The notes below the pieces were generated by a model. It did not search any database. It was not told the origin of the DNA and saw only the letters and a list, made by a program, of their open reading frames with translations. 64,000 bases of DNA from Laetmonice hystrix. Its lineage: Eukaryota. A program made the position numbers and the translations under genes. The stretch's first letter is position 1, and each line of letters opens with the position of its first letter. The stretch lies in contig OZ249436.1 in the NCBI GenBank assembly GCA_965235115.1, forward strand, positions 42,720,001 to 42,784,000. Direction: 5' to 3'. Below, piece after piece: positions 52,777-63,953 of the stretch.

Positions 52777-53839
52777 TTCAGTTCCCTTCACTTCCCTGCT
52801 TGGGGATGTATGTAGGCCTATATTTCTTTATTTCAGTGAAGTGTGTGCATGAGGCCTTCATGCCCATGATTACACCCAACCCATAAGGGCTTACAATTCA
52901 CTATTTTACCATGTCTAATGGTCTTACGAAAATTAAGTACTAGTGTACAGAGTTTGATTCCCAAACATTCCCAAATAAAACTAACTGTAATCTTGATTCA
53001 TTTTTCTGTCATGAGGACCATCCATCTCTTCAGCTGCTAAATGGTCAAATTGCAGGAACTCAGAAAAACCTTAACCATGAACCTTTGTCTCTACGCGGCA
53101 TACTTACTTGCTCTTGTATACAATATAACAAAAAATGAACTTCAGTTTATATATGCATGTACTGTGTATATATATATGTCACACCGTGCAATTACATGTA
53201 GGGGCATAATGTTGACCCCTCCAGCGCTAGATTCCCTGTTTCAAGTGTACAAGAGTTTACCATAGACAGTACTAAATAATAAATGATTATTTTTAATGTT
53301 TGCTACTTTATATGGACCTTGGGAATAGGGCTACACCCTCAACACCCACTATTACCCAGAAAACCCCACTGCAAAGCATACAAATAAACCTTTTATCTGG
53401 CTTATCCTTTATGTTACATTAATGGAAATCGTGCAATTTCTTCAGGCAGCGGTCATTGTAACTGAGCCCAGCTTAAGGATCCACAACCCAGATGCACCAC
53501 CTGGGAGACAACAGTGCCTGAGGAACAGAAGTGACCCTGTGTTCCAGAAGCCAAATCCTGAATTACTGGTGGAAAAGACAGCCTTCCAAGCAGGAGAACA
53601 GTGCCTCAAAAAGAATGCATCCAACACGGACACAGTGCCTTGGGCAGTTTATTATCCTATTTGGCAAATACCGGAACTGCACATTTGTATCGTTGCTGGA
53701 CTCCCCTTATGGAAATTGTACCCCCCATCGTTTTTGCTGTTAATTGTTTTACAGCAACTATAAAACATTATTTAATGCATGTACCAGGGTTTATGCGAGC
53801 TTCTCATTGAGATGACAGTCAGCTATTGAAGAATATTAT

Positions 53840-54160
53840 ACCAGTCGCGTTTCAATGTTATGGAATTGTGACCTGGGGTAATATACTGTATATCCTATAT
53901 TCTAGGGGTAAAGTCAGGTTTCAATGCTATAGAATTGGACTTGGGGTAATATACTGTATATCCTATATTATAGGGGTGAAGTCAGGTTTCAATGTTATGG
54001 AATTGTGACCTGGGGTAATATACTGTATATCCTATATTATAATATATTGGGTAAAGTCAGGTTTCAATGCTATAGAATTGTGAGCTGGGGTAATATATAT
54101 CATATATTAAAGGGGTAAAGTCAGATTTCCGTGCTATAGAATTGTGTCATGGGATATTAT
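53840..54160. repeat. Tandem repeat of about 68 bp, 4-5 diverged copies
   Basis: GTTTCAATG(T/C)TAT(G/A)GAATTG..TGGGGTAATATACTGTATATCCTATATT..GGGGTAAAGTCAG. Confidence 0.9.
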
Positions 54161-54470
54161 ATAGGGAAAAGGTAAGATTCCCATGCTATATATAATTGTG
54201 TCTCATTACGGTCAGGCTGGAGCAGGGACCCGCTATCGTTGGTATAGTACTTTGCTCCAATCGATGGGTCTGCATTGGCATTGAGTCCCAGCAAGTCTCG
54301 GTAGCCTACATCAAGAACACTCCTAAACATTTTGAACCGGTACCTGAATATAGTGTAAACCATAATTGTAAATCTATTTGTTTAGAGGTACTTCTTCACA
54401 TAAATCGAGGACATTGTCATTTGTATGTAGAATCATGATGCATAGTTGTTCAGTTCTACAGAAAAATCAC

Positions 54471-57400
54471 GGAGGGTGATGTTTGCGCCCGGACAGGGCC
54501 GGTGGTGGGGGGAGGGTGATGTTTGCGCCCGGACAGGGCCAGTGGTGGGGGGAGGGTGATGTGTGCGCCCGGACAGGGCCGGTGGGGGGTCTTTGTGTGC
54601 CCGGACAGGGCCGGTGATGGGGGGAGGGTGATGTGTGCGCCCGGACAGGGCCGGTGGGGGGTGTTTGTGTGCCCGGACAGGGCCGGTGGTGGGGGGAGGG
54701 TGATGTGTGCGCCCGGACAGGGCCGGTGGGGGGAGGGTGATGTGTGCTCCCGGACAGGGCCGGTGGTGGGGGAGGGTGATGTGTGCGCCCGGACAGGGCC
54801 GGTGGTGGGGGGAGGGTGATGTTTGCGCCCGGACAGGGCCAGTGGTGGGGGGAGGGTGATGTGTGCGCCCGGACAGGGCCGGTGGTAGGGGAGGGTGATG
54901 TGTGCGCCCGGACAGGGCCAGTGGTGGGGGGAGGGTGATGTGTGCGCCCGGACAGGGCCGGTGGTGGGGGGAGGGTGATGTGTGCGCCCGGACAGGGCCG
55001 GTGGGGGGTGTTTGTGTGCCTGGACAGGGCCGGTGGTGGGGGGGGGGGGGAAGGGTGATGTGTGCGCCCGGACAGGGCCGGTGGTGGGGGGGGGGGGTGA
55101 TGTGTGCGCCCGGAGAGGGCAGGTGGTGGTGGTGGGGGGGGGGGTGATGTGTGCGCCCGGACAGGGCCGGTGGTGGGGGGAGGGTGATGTGTGCGCCCGG
55201 AGAGGGCCGGTGGTGGGGGGAGGGTGATGTGTGCGCCCGGACAGGGCCGGTGGGGGGTGTTTGTGTGCCCGGACAGGGCCGGTGGTGGGGGGAGGGTGAT
55301 GTGTGCGCCCGGACAGGGCCGGTGGGGAGTGTTTGTGTGCCCGGACAGGGCCGGTGGTGGGGGGAGGGTGATGTGTGCGCCCGGAGAGGGCCGGTGGTGG
55401 GGGGAGGGTGATGTGTGCGCCCGGACAGGGCCGGTGGGGGGGTGTTTGTGTGCCCGGACAGGGCCGGTGGTGGGGGGAGGGTGATGTGTGCGCCCGGACA
55501 GGGCCGGTGGGGAGTGTTTGTGTGCCCGGACAGGGCCGGTGGTGGGGGGAGGGTGATGTGTGCGCCCGGACAGGGCCGGTGGTGGGGGGGAGGGTGATGT
55601 GTGCGCCCGGACAGGGCCGGTGGGGTGTTTGTGTGCCCGGACAGGGCCGGTGGTGGGGGGAGGGTGATGTGTGCGCCCGGACAGGGCCGGTGGGGGGAGG
55701 GTGATGTGTGCTCCCGGACAGGGCCGGTGGTGGGGGAGGGTGATGTGTGCGCCCGGACAGGGCCGGTGGTGGGGGGAGGGTGATGTTTGCGCCCGGACAG
55801 GGCCAGTGGTGGGGGGAGGGTGATGTGTGCGCCCGGACAGGGCCGGTGGTAGGGGAGGGTGATGTGTGCGCCCGGACAGGGCCAGTGGTGGGGGGAGGGT
55901 GATGTGTGCGCCCGGACAGGGCCGGTGGTGGGGGGAGGGTGATGTGTGCGCCCGGACAGGGCCGGTGGGGGGTGTTTGTGTGCCTGGACAGGGCCGGTGG
56001 TGGGGGGGGGGGAAGGGTGATGTGTGCGCCCGGACAGGGCCGGTGGTGGGGGGGGGGGGGGTGATGTGTGCGCCCGGAGAGGGCAGGTGGTGGTGGTGGT
56101 GGTGGGGGGGGGTGATGTGTGCGCCCGGACAGGGCCGGTGGTGGGGGGAGGGTGATGTGTGCGCCCGGAGAGGGCCGGTGGTGGGGGGAGGGTGATGTGT
56201 GCGCCCGGACAGGGCCGGTGGGGGGTGTTTGTGTGCCCGGAGAGGGCCGGTGGTGGGGGGAGGGTGATGTGTGCGCCCGGACAGGGCCGGTGGGGAGTGT
56301 TTGTGTGCCCGGACAGGGCCGGTGGTGGGGGGAGGGTGATGTGTGCGCCCGGAGAGGGCCGGTGGTGGGGGGAGGGTGATGTGTGCGCCCGGACAGGGCC
56401 GGTGGGGGGTGTTTGTGTGCCCGGACAGGGCCGGTGGTGGGGGGAGGGTGATGTGTGCGCCCGGACAGGGCCGGTGGGGAGTGTTTGTGTGCCCGGACAG
56501 GGCCGGTGGTGGGGGGAGGGTGATGTGTGCGCCCGGACAGGGCCGGTGGTGGGGGGGAGGGTGATGTGTGCGCCCGGACAGGGCCGGTGGGGTGTTTGTG
56601 TGCCCGGACAGGGCCGGTGGTGGGGGGAGGGTGATGTGTGCGCCCGGACAGGGCCGGTGGTGGGGGGAGGGTGATGTGTGCGCCCGGACAGGGCCGGTGG
56701 GGGTGTTTGTGTGCCCGGACAGGGCCGGTGGTGGGGGGAGGGTGATGTGTGCGCCCGGACAGGGCCGGTGGTGGGGGGAGGGTGATGTGTGCGCCCGGAC
56801 AGGGCTGGTGGTGGGGGAGGGTGATGTGTGCGCCCGGACAGGGCTGGTGGTGGGGGGAGGGTGATGTGTGCGCCCGGACAGGGCCGGTGGTGGGGGGAGG
56901 GTGATGTGTGCGCCCGGACAGGGCCGGTGGTGGGTGATTTGTGCGCCTGGACAGGGCCGGTGGTGGGTGATGTGTGCGCCCGGACAGGGCCGGTGGTGGG
57001 GGGAGGGTGATGTGTGCGCCCGGACAGGGCCGGTGGGGGGGGGAGGGTGATGTGTGCGCCCGGACAGGGCCGGTGGTGGGTGATTTGTGCGCCCGGACAG
57101 GGCCGGTGGTGGGTGATGTGTGCGCCCGGACAGGGCTGGTGGTGGGTGATGTGTGCGCCCGGACAGGGCCGGTGGTGGGGGGAGGGTGATGTGTGCGCCC
57201 GGACAGGGCCGGTGGGGGTGTTTGTGTGCCCGGACAGGGCCGATGGTGGGGGGAGGGTGATGTGTGCGCCCGGATAGGGCCGGTGGTGGGGGGAGGGTGA
57301 TGTGTGCGCCCGGACAGGGCCGGTGGTGGGGGGAGGGTGATGTGTGCGCCCGGACAGGGCCGGTGGGGGTGTTTGTGCGTCCGGACAGGGCCGGTGGTGG

Positions 57401-57478
57401 GGGGAGGGTGATGTGTGTGCCCGGACAGGGCCGGTGGTGGGGGGAGGGTGATGTGTGCGCCCGGAGAGGGCCGGTGGT
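54471..57478. repeat. G-rich 33/40-bp minisatellite, about 3 kb, with higher-order duplication of about 964 bp
   Basis: Unit GGTGGTGGGGGGAGGGTGATGTGTGCGCCCGGACAGGGCC. Rare variants (GCTCCCGG, GGTAGGGG, GCCTGGAC) recur about 964 bp apart. Confidence 0.97.
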
Positions 57479-59134
57479 GTGTGTGTATGGGGGGGGGGCT
57501 GGAGGGGGGCACTCCGGGGAGGGGGAACGTAGAGAGGGACAAGACAAGGAGGGCGGTCGCATTAACGGCAGGATATGGGGAGGGTGGATGGTTCCAAGCG
57601 ATAGTTGTAATCTTCCTTGGTAAAATAAACTGAATAAACGTCAAAATCAATTAAATATACACCCATGTGTTTGTATGAAATATATCCTTGCAGTCAAATA
57701 CAACCTTCCTATATCAATACAAACGCCCTAATGTATAAAAATCGACCACTAACAAAAATTAACTTCTATATATAAAAATGTCATAATTAATCCTTTTTAT
57801 ATAGCTTAGACCGTTCTATATTAATATTAAAAATTTGCCTGAGACATTTATTTAAGGCTATAATATTGTTGTTAAACAGATTATGTAATATTTGTCGGGT
57901 AATAATTGATTAAAGTAGATATTTAATAATTTTCTACAACGCCGAGTCTACAAGTCTACACTTGCCGAGATTGCACTACGCTACTGCTGACCACTCTACC
58001 AGGCGTCTACAAGTCTACAGTCTACACCGCGGGAAAAGCACTACGCTGTGACGCACCGCCGATCGCACGCGTCAACCCTACCGTACTGTGCAATGGAAGG
58101 GCCTCAACATGGAACAACCGCCTGCTCGATCACGGTTTATTCTGTGCCAGGTAAGTATGTTTGTGACACGTGACCATCTGAGGCCCCTCAATTCTGTCGT
58201 ACATCTAAACTGGTGTTTTCGCTGTAACCGGGGAGTTACCGTATCTACAGGCGGGTATTGTAAACATCTCAATTGGTCATTTATAATGATGTAAAGCTGT
58301 TATCATTAGTAATGTTTAGATTCAACTTTTGGTCAAAAGGAAGTTTACAAAACCTAGATTATATCGGAGAAGAAATCTCTGTAACGTAAATTACCAACTT
58401 GTCATTGGGTCAGTTTATCTAGGACGCCACCTACCGGAAAGTAAGTAGGCCTACATTGCCCATCTGAAGTCTTAGTTATGGAATAACCTGGACAAAGGTT
58501 CACCAAGCCAGACACCCACCCACCAAATCTAGAATATTTATCTCTGTCTAAAAAACAGTAGCTGGATTTTAGTTGCATTCCTGGTAGCATAAATGTCATA
58601 AATTCTGGTTAGAAAAGTCAATGCGAGGACCGTTGGGCAGTAGGCCTAGAAGGGGCGGGGCTTGTTGCCAAAAAAAAATACCTATGGAACGTATGACGTG
58701 ATGCACGTTGTGGGGGGGACCAGTGACCCCTAAATTGCATTCCATCCCCCATGGCCAAGAATGGGCGACTCGTAGAAATCCTGTTCCGCATGGTGGCAGC
58801 ACTGTCGCACCGGTCCACGCTCCAACAACGTAGCGCGAGACTAGATAGGGTGACGAAATGCTAGTCTATAGCTCTATGTCCGGATGCGTTACTTTTTTTT
58901 CGGGAAGATAACAGTGTGTAGGACTTCTTGAACTCGTAGAACCTTTAAATGTTACTATATTTCATAATAATTACAGCTACGGCATCCTTGCACATAGTAA
59001 CTTCGTCATAGACTACATGCAAAAGCCGCCTCAGTGAAAATTGCTAAATATTCCCTAACAACCCCTTTTCATCGAATTGCGTCCTTGCAAGGTGATTCCT
59101 CCCATCCTTTGTAGAAGCAACCCAGTAAAATATT

Positions 59135-59207
59135 CGCCCAATGTGGGGCTCGAACCCACGACCCTGGGATTAAGAGTCCCATGCTCTACCGACTGAGCTA
59201 ACCGGGC
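59135..59207 (-). tRNA. tRNA-Lys(CTT)
   Basis: Gene body same as the other copies; flanks diverged. Confidence 0.96.
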
Positions 59208-59601
59208 TTACAAACTCGCCTGTTTTTTTGGTTTTTACAATTTAACTCTTCATGAAATCAAAGGAGAATATGACGGTGACGGCGAATGCGAAGGATCGGA
59301 ATACTTTCTTTGATATACAGGAAGCCAAATCTACAACCAAATATTCCATTTAGGGCTACATGTTACTCCTTCGTGGACTAGCCGTCTCAGGCGTTCACCA
59401 TGGGTCCGATGTTGCCACTTTTCGTCCACGGCGCGATCGCCGCGCCACATGGTGGTAGCTAGATTTCTCAGTAGACAGTTCTAAGTTGGGTTTAGACATT
59501 TTAAAATCAAAATGTCAGAGAACAAAAAGTCCAAAAAGTGAATGTCGGGACCGAAGGACAGCCTTCTTCAAAGTACATTCATACAATGCTTCCCATATAG
59601 A

Positions 59602-59674
59602 GCCCGGTTAGCTCAGTCGGTAGAGCATCAGACTTTTAATCTGAGGGTCGCGGGTTCGAGTCCCTCATCGGGCG
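59602..59674 (+). tRNA. tRNA-Lys(TTT)
   Basis: Gene body same as the other copies. Confidence 0.93.
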
Positions 59675-60187
59675 TCTTCTCATTTTGGAACATCAAGCGG
59701 GTCACACATTCCTTCCAAGACGAGCACTGCAGCGATTGCTGAAACAGACCATAGAGAGACGTCAATATCTTGATGTCAAGCTGCTTGACATTGAGACCAC
59801 CATGACAGTCGCCTTCACCAGGCATGGGGTCCGGTGGCGCCGCTAAATTGGGGTGGCAGTGGGGAACAAAAAGAAATTTCGTGTTCTCAGTGTTGACACC
59901 CTTTAATTTACACCCTTCAGCGTGACGGGCCCATCACGTCTGGCTGATGCGATTTTTCGTGTACGCCCACAGACTGGCCGTTCTGCGTCTGGGCCCGCCT
60001 ATAGGCCTACCTCCTGGCAGCAAGGGACACAGCTTTTATCAGTCTGTGATGGGTATAGGCCCCTACATCTAGTCCATAAACTCCTATTGGTGTTCTCACG
60101 CCTCCTCTGACATGAATAAAATGGATATTGCCTGGGAGACTAGTTTAGGCAGAGGGGGTCTGTTAGAGGATTCATTGATTGGTTTAT

Positions 60188-60353
60188 CAGGGGATAGCGC
60201 GAACGCAGTCCCCTACTAACAAAAATTGCGCACCCGAGTCATCCACATTTGGGATGATCGCACGCGTCAACCCTACCGTACTGTGCAATGGAAGGGCCTC
60301 AACATGGAACAACCGCCTGCTCGATCACGGTTTATTCTGTGCCAGGTAAGTAT
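60188..60353 (-). ncRNA. RNU1: U1 snRNA (variant), copy 5
   Basis: Same 166-nt body. Upstream region is deleted/truncated after about 120 nt. Confidence 0.9.
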
Positions 60354-60995
60354 GTTTGTGACACGTGACCATCTGAGGCCACTCAATTCTGTCGTACATC
60401 TAAACTGGTGTTTTCGCTGTAACCAGGGAGTTACCGTTTCTACAGGCGGGTATTGTAAACATCTCAATTGGTCATAAAAGTAAGTAGGCCTACATTGCCC
60501 ATCTGAAGTCGGCAACGAGCATTGATACTGGAATGCTAGCCTCAGTCAGGCGCCGCTTCAGGATTTTGCTGGTTGGGGGGGGGGGGGGCAGACTCATTGA
60601 TAAAATTGATCCTGCTAATGATACAAAAAATTAAAAGTCTACGCCGATATCTAAGTTCAAAAACAGCTATGCCCATCACCGTGTTGTGAAATGGGCAGTA
60701 CAAGAAATGACAAATCAAACGAATCATAACGTAACATAACATTTATTGAAGTGTTAGAGTGCAGTTAGCTGAAGCAATCCGGAAAGTTTATTAATGTTCT
60801 TGGTCTGACAAAGGTTTCAGGTTGTTGTGGCGGCCATTTTGCTCGGCTGAATGTCATCAGCGACGTGACACCACCGAAGTAGAGCAGGCGCCTTATTTAT
60901 TATTGTCTCAAACGTCAGATTCAGCGTTTCGTCATCTGTTACGTCATCTGTTACGTCAATTGTTACGTCTTGCGTTCTCTATCCGTTTCGGTTCA

Positions 60996-63686
60996 TCAGT
61001 TCTTCGGTTTGTTTCCCTTGTTTTTCTTGCCTTTACGGTTCGCCTTCCCATCTTTGAGTGGTTCGGTGTCGGGGGGACTGACGGGGGGCTTGCTGGCACC
61101 GAGGCGGGCATTGATTTTGTCGGGGGGGTTGGGCTTGTCGACAGGCTGAGGCCTGCCCCTACCATACCCGACTACTACTGCGGGTGTGTGACCGTCCTGA
61201 AAATGGGAGAACATTACGGCGTCACGTCCTGCAAGGAAGTTTTAGAGAAGATCACTGTTCTTAAACCTAAACACACAAAACACACTAAACACACAACAAA
61301 TACAGCACCATGTAGTTTGATTAAAACAGGGTATCCGAATGTATCACAAGAATTTTCTCATCCCACACGTTAGAGTACATGGAACCCTGCTTCTAGATAA
61401 CAACTCGCCTTCTCCTTCGTTCATTTCTCTGATCCTCACGGACCGTTACGATTTTTTAGGGGCAAAAAAATTTCTCTCGAGGAAAACAACAACATAGGTC
61501 ATTCATGCGTATTTCTGAGAATGTTCTAGAGATGGCCTTTTTAACAAACAAGCCCTGGATGAGAGCGCGTTTCAAATTAAGCCTTACGATAACTGTGAAG
61601 TCATCCCATACTGAGACTGATACGTCAGGGGTCGGCGGGGGTCCACTTCTGGCGAGGGAAGGTCCAATTCCGGCGGGCATAGGTCCACTTTCGGAGAGGG
61701 TACGTCCGCTTTCGGTAGGGGTAGGTCCATTTCCGGCCAGGGTAGGTCCACTTCCGGTGATGGTAGGTTCACTTCCGGCGAGGGGGGTCACACATCCGGG
61801 AATGGCTGGTCGTGTGTTTCCGGTTTCGTCCTCGGAGGCAATCACAACGGTATGGTCTAGGCTTCGCGTCACTCCCTTCGTGTTGGGCAGGGTGGGGCTC
61901 GGGGGGACATGTGGGCTGGCTGTGACATCTTTGGTGGTCGATGCGTCGTCACCATTGGTCACTTCTGTCGTGTCTGTGATGCCCGGATGACCATTCATGG
62001 TCACGTGTTTAGCGTCTGTGATGTCATCTTTCATGTATGATTGCTGATCCGTAGGCCCATCACTTGTGTCATCTTTTACGGTTGGCTCATTAGAATCAGC
62101 ATCTTTTACGGCCAGCTCATTAGCATCAGCATCTTTTATTGTCGGCTCATTAGCATTGGCATCTTTCATGGTTGGTGGATTAGCATCAGCATCTTTCATG
62201 GTTTGTTGATTAGCATCAGTGGTGGCATCTTTCATGGCTGGCTGGTTAGCACCAGTGGTAGCATCTTTCATGGTTGGCTGGTTAGCACCAGTCGTGGCAT
62301 CTTTCATGGTCGGATGATCAATATCAGTTGACATGTCCTTTACGGTTGGATGATCAGGACCGCTTGAGACATCTTTCAAAGCTATGAGGTTTTTTGGGTA
62401 CACAGACACCTCATAGTCACTCTCCGGGTCGCCGTCGCATTCCAGACTGTCTGTGCTGCTTTCCTGAGACACAGGCTGTGGATAAAGATAACAGTTAAAA
62501 ATCATCTTGGTTTAATTAGTATACGATGACGCCAACAAAAGTTATATAATTCTTTAACGATATATCTTTTATAAAGGTCTGCTATAACCTTCATTGCTAA
62601 CGTAGATATTGCATTCATCAGTCACGTTCTCGTGCATCATTCCTTAATAAAGCCTCAAACCTATTATTAGGGTATAAAGCACCTTAGCTTAACTCTGCTA
62701 AACCCACCACGTAATCTGGGTCGGCGTCCGAGTCGTAGTCGTCAAGGTCATCTAATTCAGCGAGGTCAAAGTCGCTCTCCGAGTCACAGTCGTCGTATTT
62801 CCGTTTCTCACTCGGTTTCTGTTCATTTGCGGGAGCTCCGTCTGAATAATCAAAGATATTGAGAATAGAAATCGATAATCAGACAGCAGCAACATCAACT
62901 ACAAGTAGTCCGACAACTCCCTCAACTCATACGGGCGGGGCTTGCCCCCTAACTTCCCTGGATTCTATCCTGGCATGCGGACCATGTATACTTAACATGG
63001 AACTAAAGTATGGTGGCCCAAAACTACAAAAATCTACTCTGGATCATACTATGGCCAAGGTATAAATCAAAAATTCACAAATACGTGCTGGTAGAAGTTT
63101 CCACACTTTTATTAGGGTAACCACTTTTTGCCAGAGCTTTGTTAAAATGCGAAATAAAAAGCCGTCATCATCTAATAGCATCCCTTCCCTCATTATGAGG
63201 AATTTTAAAGCGGGACCAGCAGTATAGCCATATTCTAGATCCTAATGGTCCTATAGTCTCAAACTCCAGAATTTACAGTCAACCTGGTTTCTATACCTGA
63301 CGTCGGAATGGAGTAGAGGTAAATTTTCCGGCGGTCTACACGGCTGGCTCTGTACCCAAGTGGCGCCAGTAGAGTATTCAGGAACACCTCCAAGGTGGAC
63401 TGTGACGGCAGGCGTTTCTTTGGCGTCACCTGGCGGGACAAAGGGGAACCAGAAATATATTAGGGAACATTATTAAAAAATATTAATATATTATATTACT
63501 AAAAGGAGAATACAGTTTTGGCAAATCGATTTCTGATCAGTTTTCGCCAAAGTGCGTCATTACCTTCCTTCGTTTTTTAATTTCTTCCTGCCTCGCAACC
63601 GGAAGTGTTGTACTGTGAGTTCGAATATTCGTATGTTTACCCATCAGAAATTCCAGGATTCGACGCAGGTATCGCAACAACCACAC
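60996..63686 (-). CDS. 3' exons of an unidentified protein with acidic and Pro/Thr/Asp-rich repetitive C-terminus; 5' part right of the window
   Basis: Phase-consistent exons 63564-63686 (VWLLRYLRRILEFLMGKH..), 63297-63429, 62708-62841, 61624 (or 61612)-62475 and 60996-61196 ending in TGA. AATAAA signals at about 60896, 60787 and 60742. Confidence 0.8.
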
Positions 63687-63953
63687 CTGTATGTACGGAG
63701 AGAGAATTACTACACAGGTATCGCAACAACCACACCTGTATGTACGGAGAGAGAATTACTACACAGGTATCGCAACAACCACACCTGTATGTACGGAGGG
63801 AGAATTACTACACAGGTATCGCAACAACCACACCTGTATGTACAGAGATAGAATTACTACACAGGTATCGCAACAACCACACCTGTATGTACGGAGGGAG
63901 AATTACTACACAGGTATCGCAACAACCACACTTGTATGTACGGAGAGAGAATT
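63667..63953. repeat. 49-bp minisatellite, about 6 copies, spanning an intron/exon junction
   Basis: Unit AGGTATCGCAACAACCACACCTGTATGTACGGAGAGAGAATTACTACAC. Confidence 0.95.

Larger units (their letters stand above)
51964..58060. mobile_element. 6097-bp insertion inside U1 with 6-bp TSD; candidate non-autonomous Dada-type transposon
   Basis: GATCGC at 51958-51963 and 58061-58066. No TIRs, LTRs or poly(A). Short subterminal inverted match AGACTGTCGAC (51966-51976) / GTCTACAGTCT (58013-58023). No recognisable transposase. Confidence 0.7.
51890..58158 (-). pseudogene. U1 snRNA copy 4, split by an insertion (5' part 58061-58158, 3' part 51890-51963)
   Basis: 98 + 74 nt minus the 6-nt duplication (GATCGC on plus) rebuilds the 166-nt U1 exactly. 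Confidence 0.95.
40898..60510. repeat. Tandem array of U1 snRNA plus tRNA-Lys(CTT)/tRNA-Lys(TTT) units
   Basis: Period 3469-3470 bp for near-identical units 1-3. Unit 4 is interrupted at 51964-58060 and lacks the 1265-bp element. A partial unit 5 ends at about 60510. Confidence 0.97.

Noticed and set aside
52177..52886. 204-aa GRE-rich and 232-aa SLP-rich ORFs
   Set aside because: Translations of CT/CCCT microsatellite.
54456..57650. 1064-aa and 1031-aa Pro/His-rich ORFs and many short plus-strand ORFs
   Set aside because: Products of a stop-free G-rich minisatellite. Several frames are open at once and unit lengths are not multiples of three.
51964..58060. Insertion as a non-LTR or LTR retroelement, or as an intron in U1
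   Set aside because: No RT ORF, poly(A) or LTRs. Ends on the U1 strand are GG..CA, not GT..AG, and the 6-bp duplication would remain.
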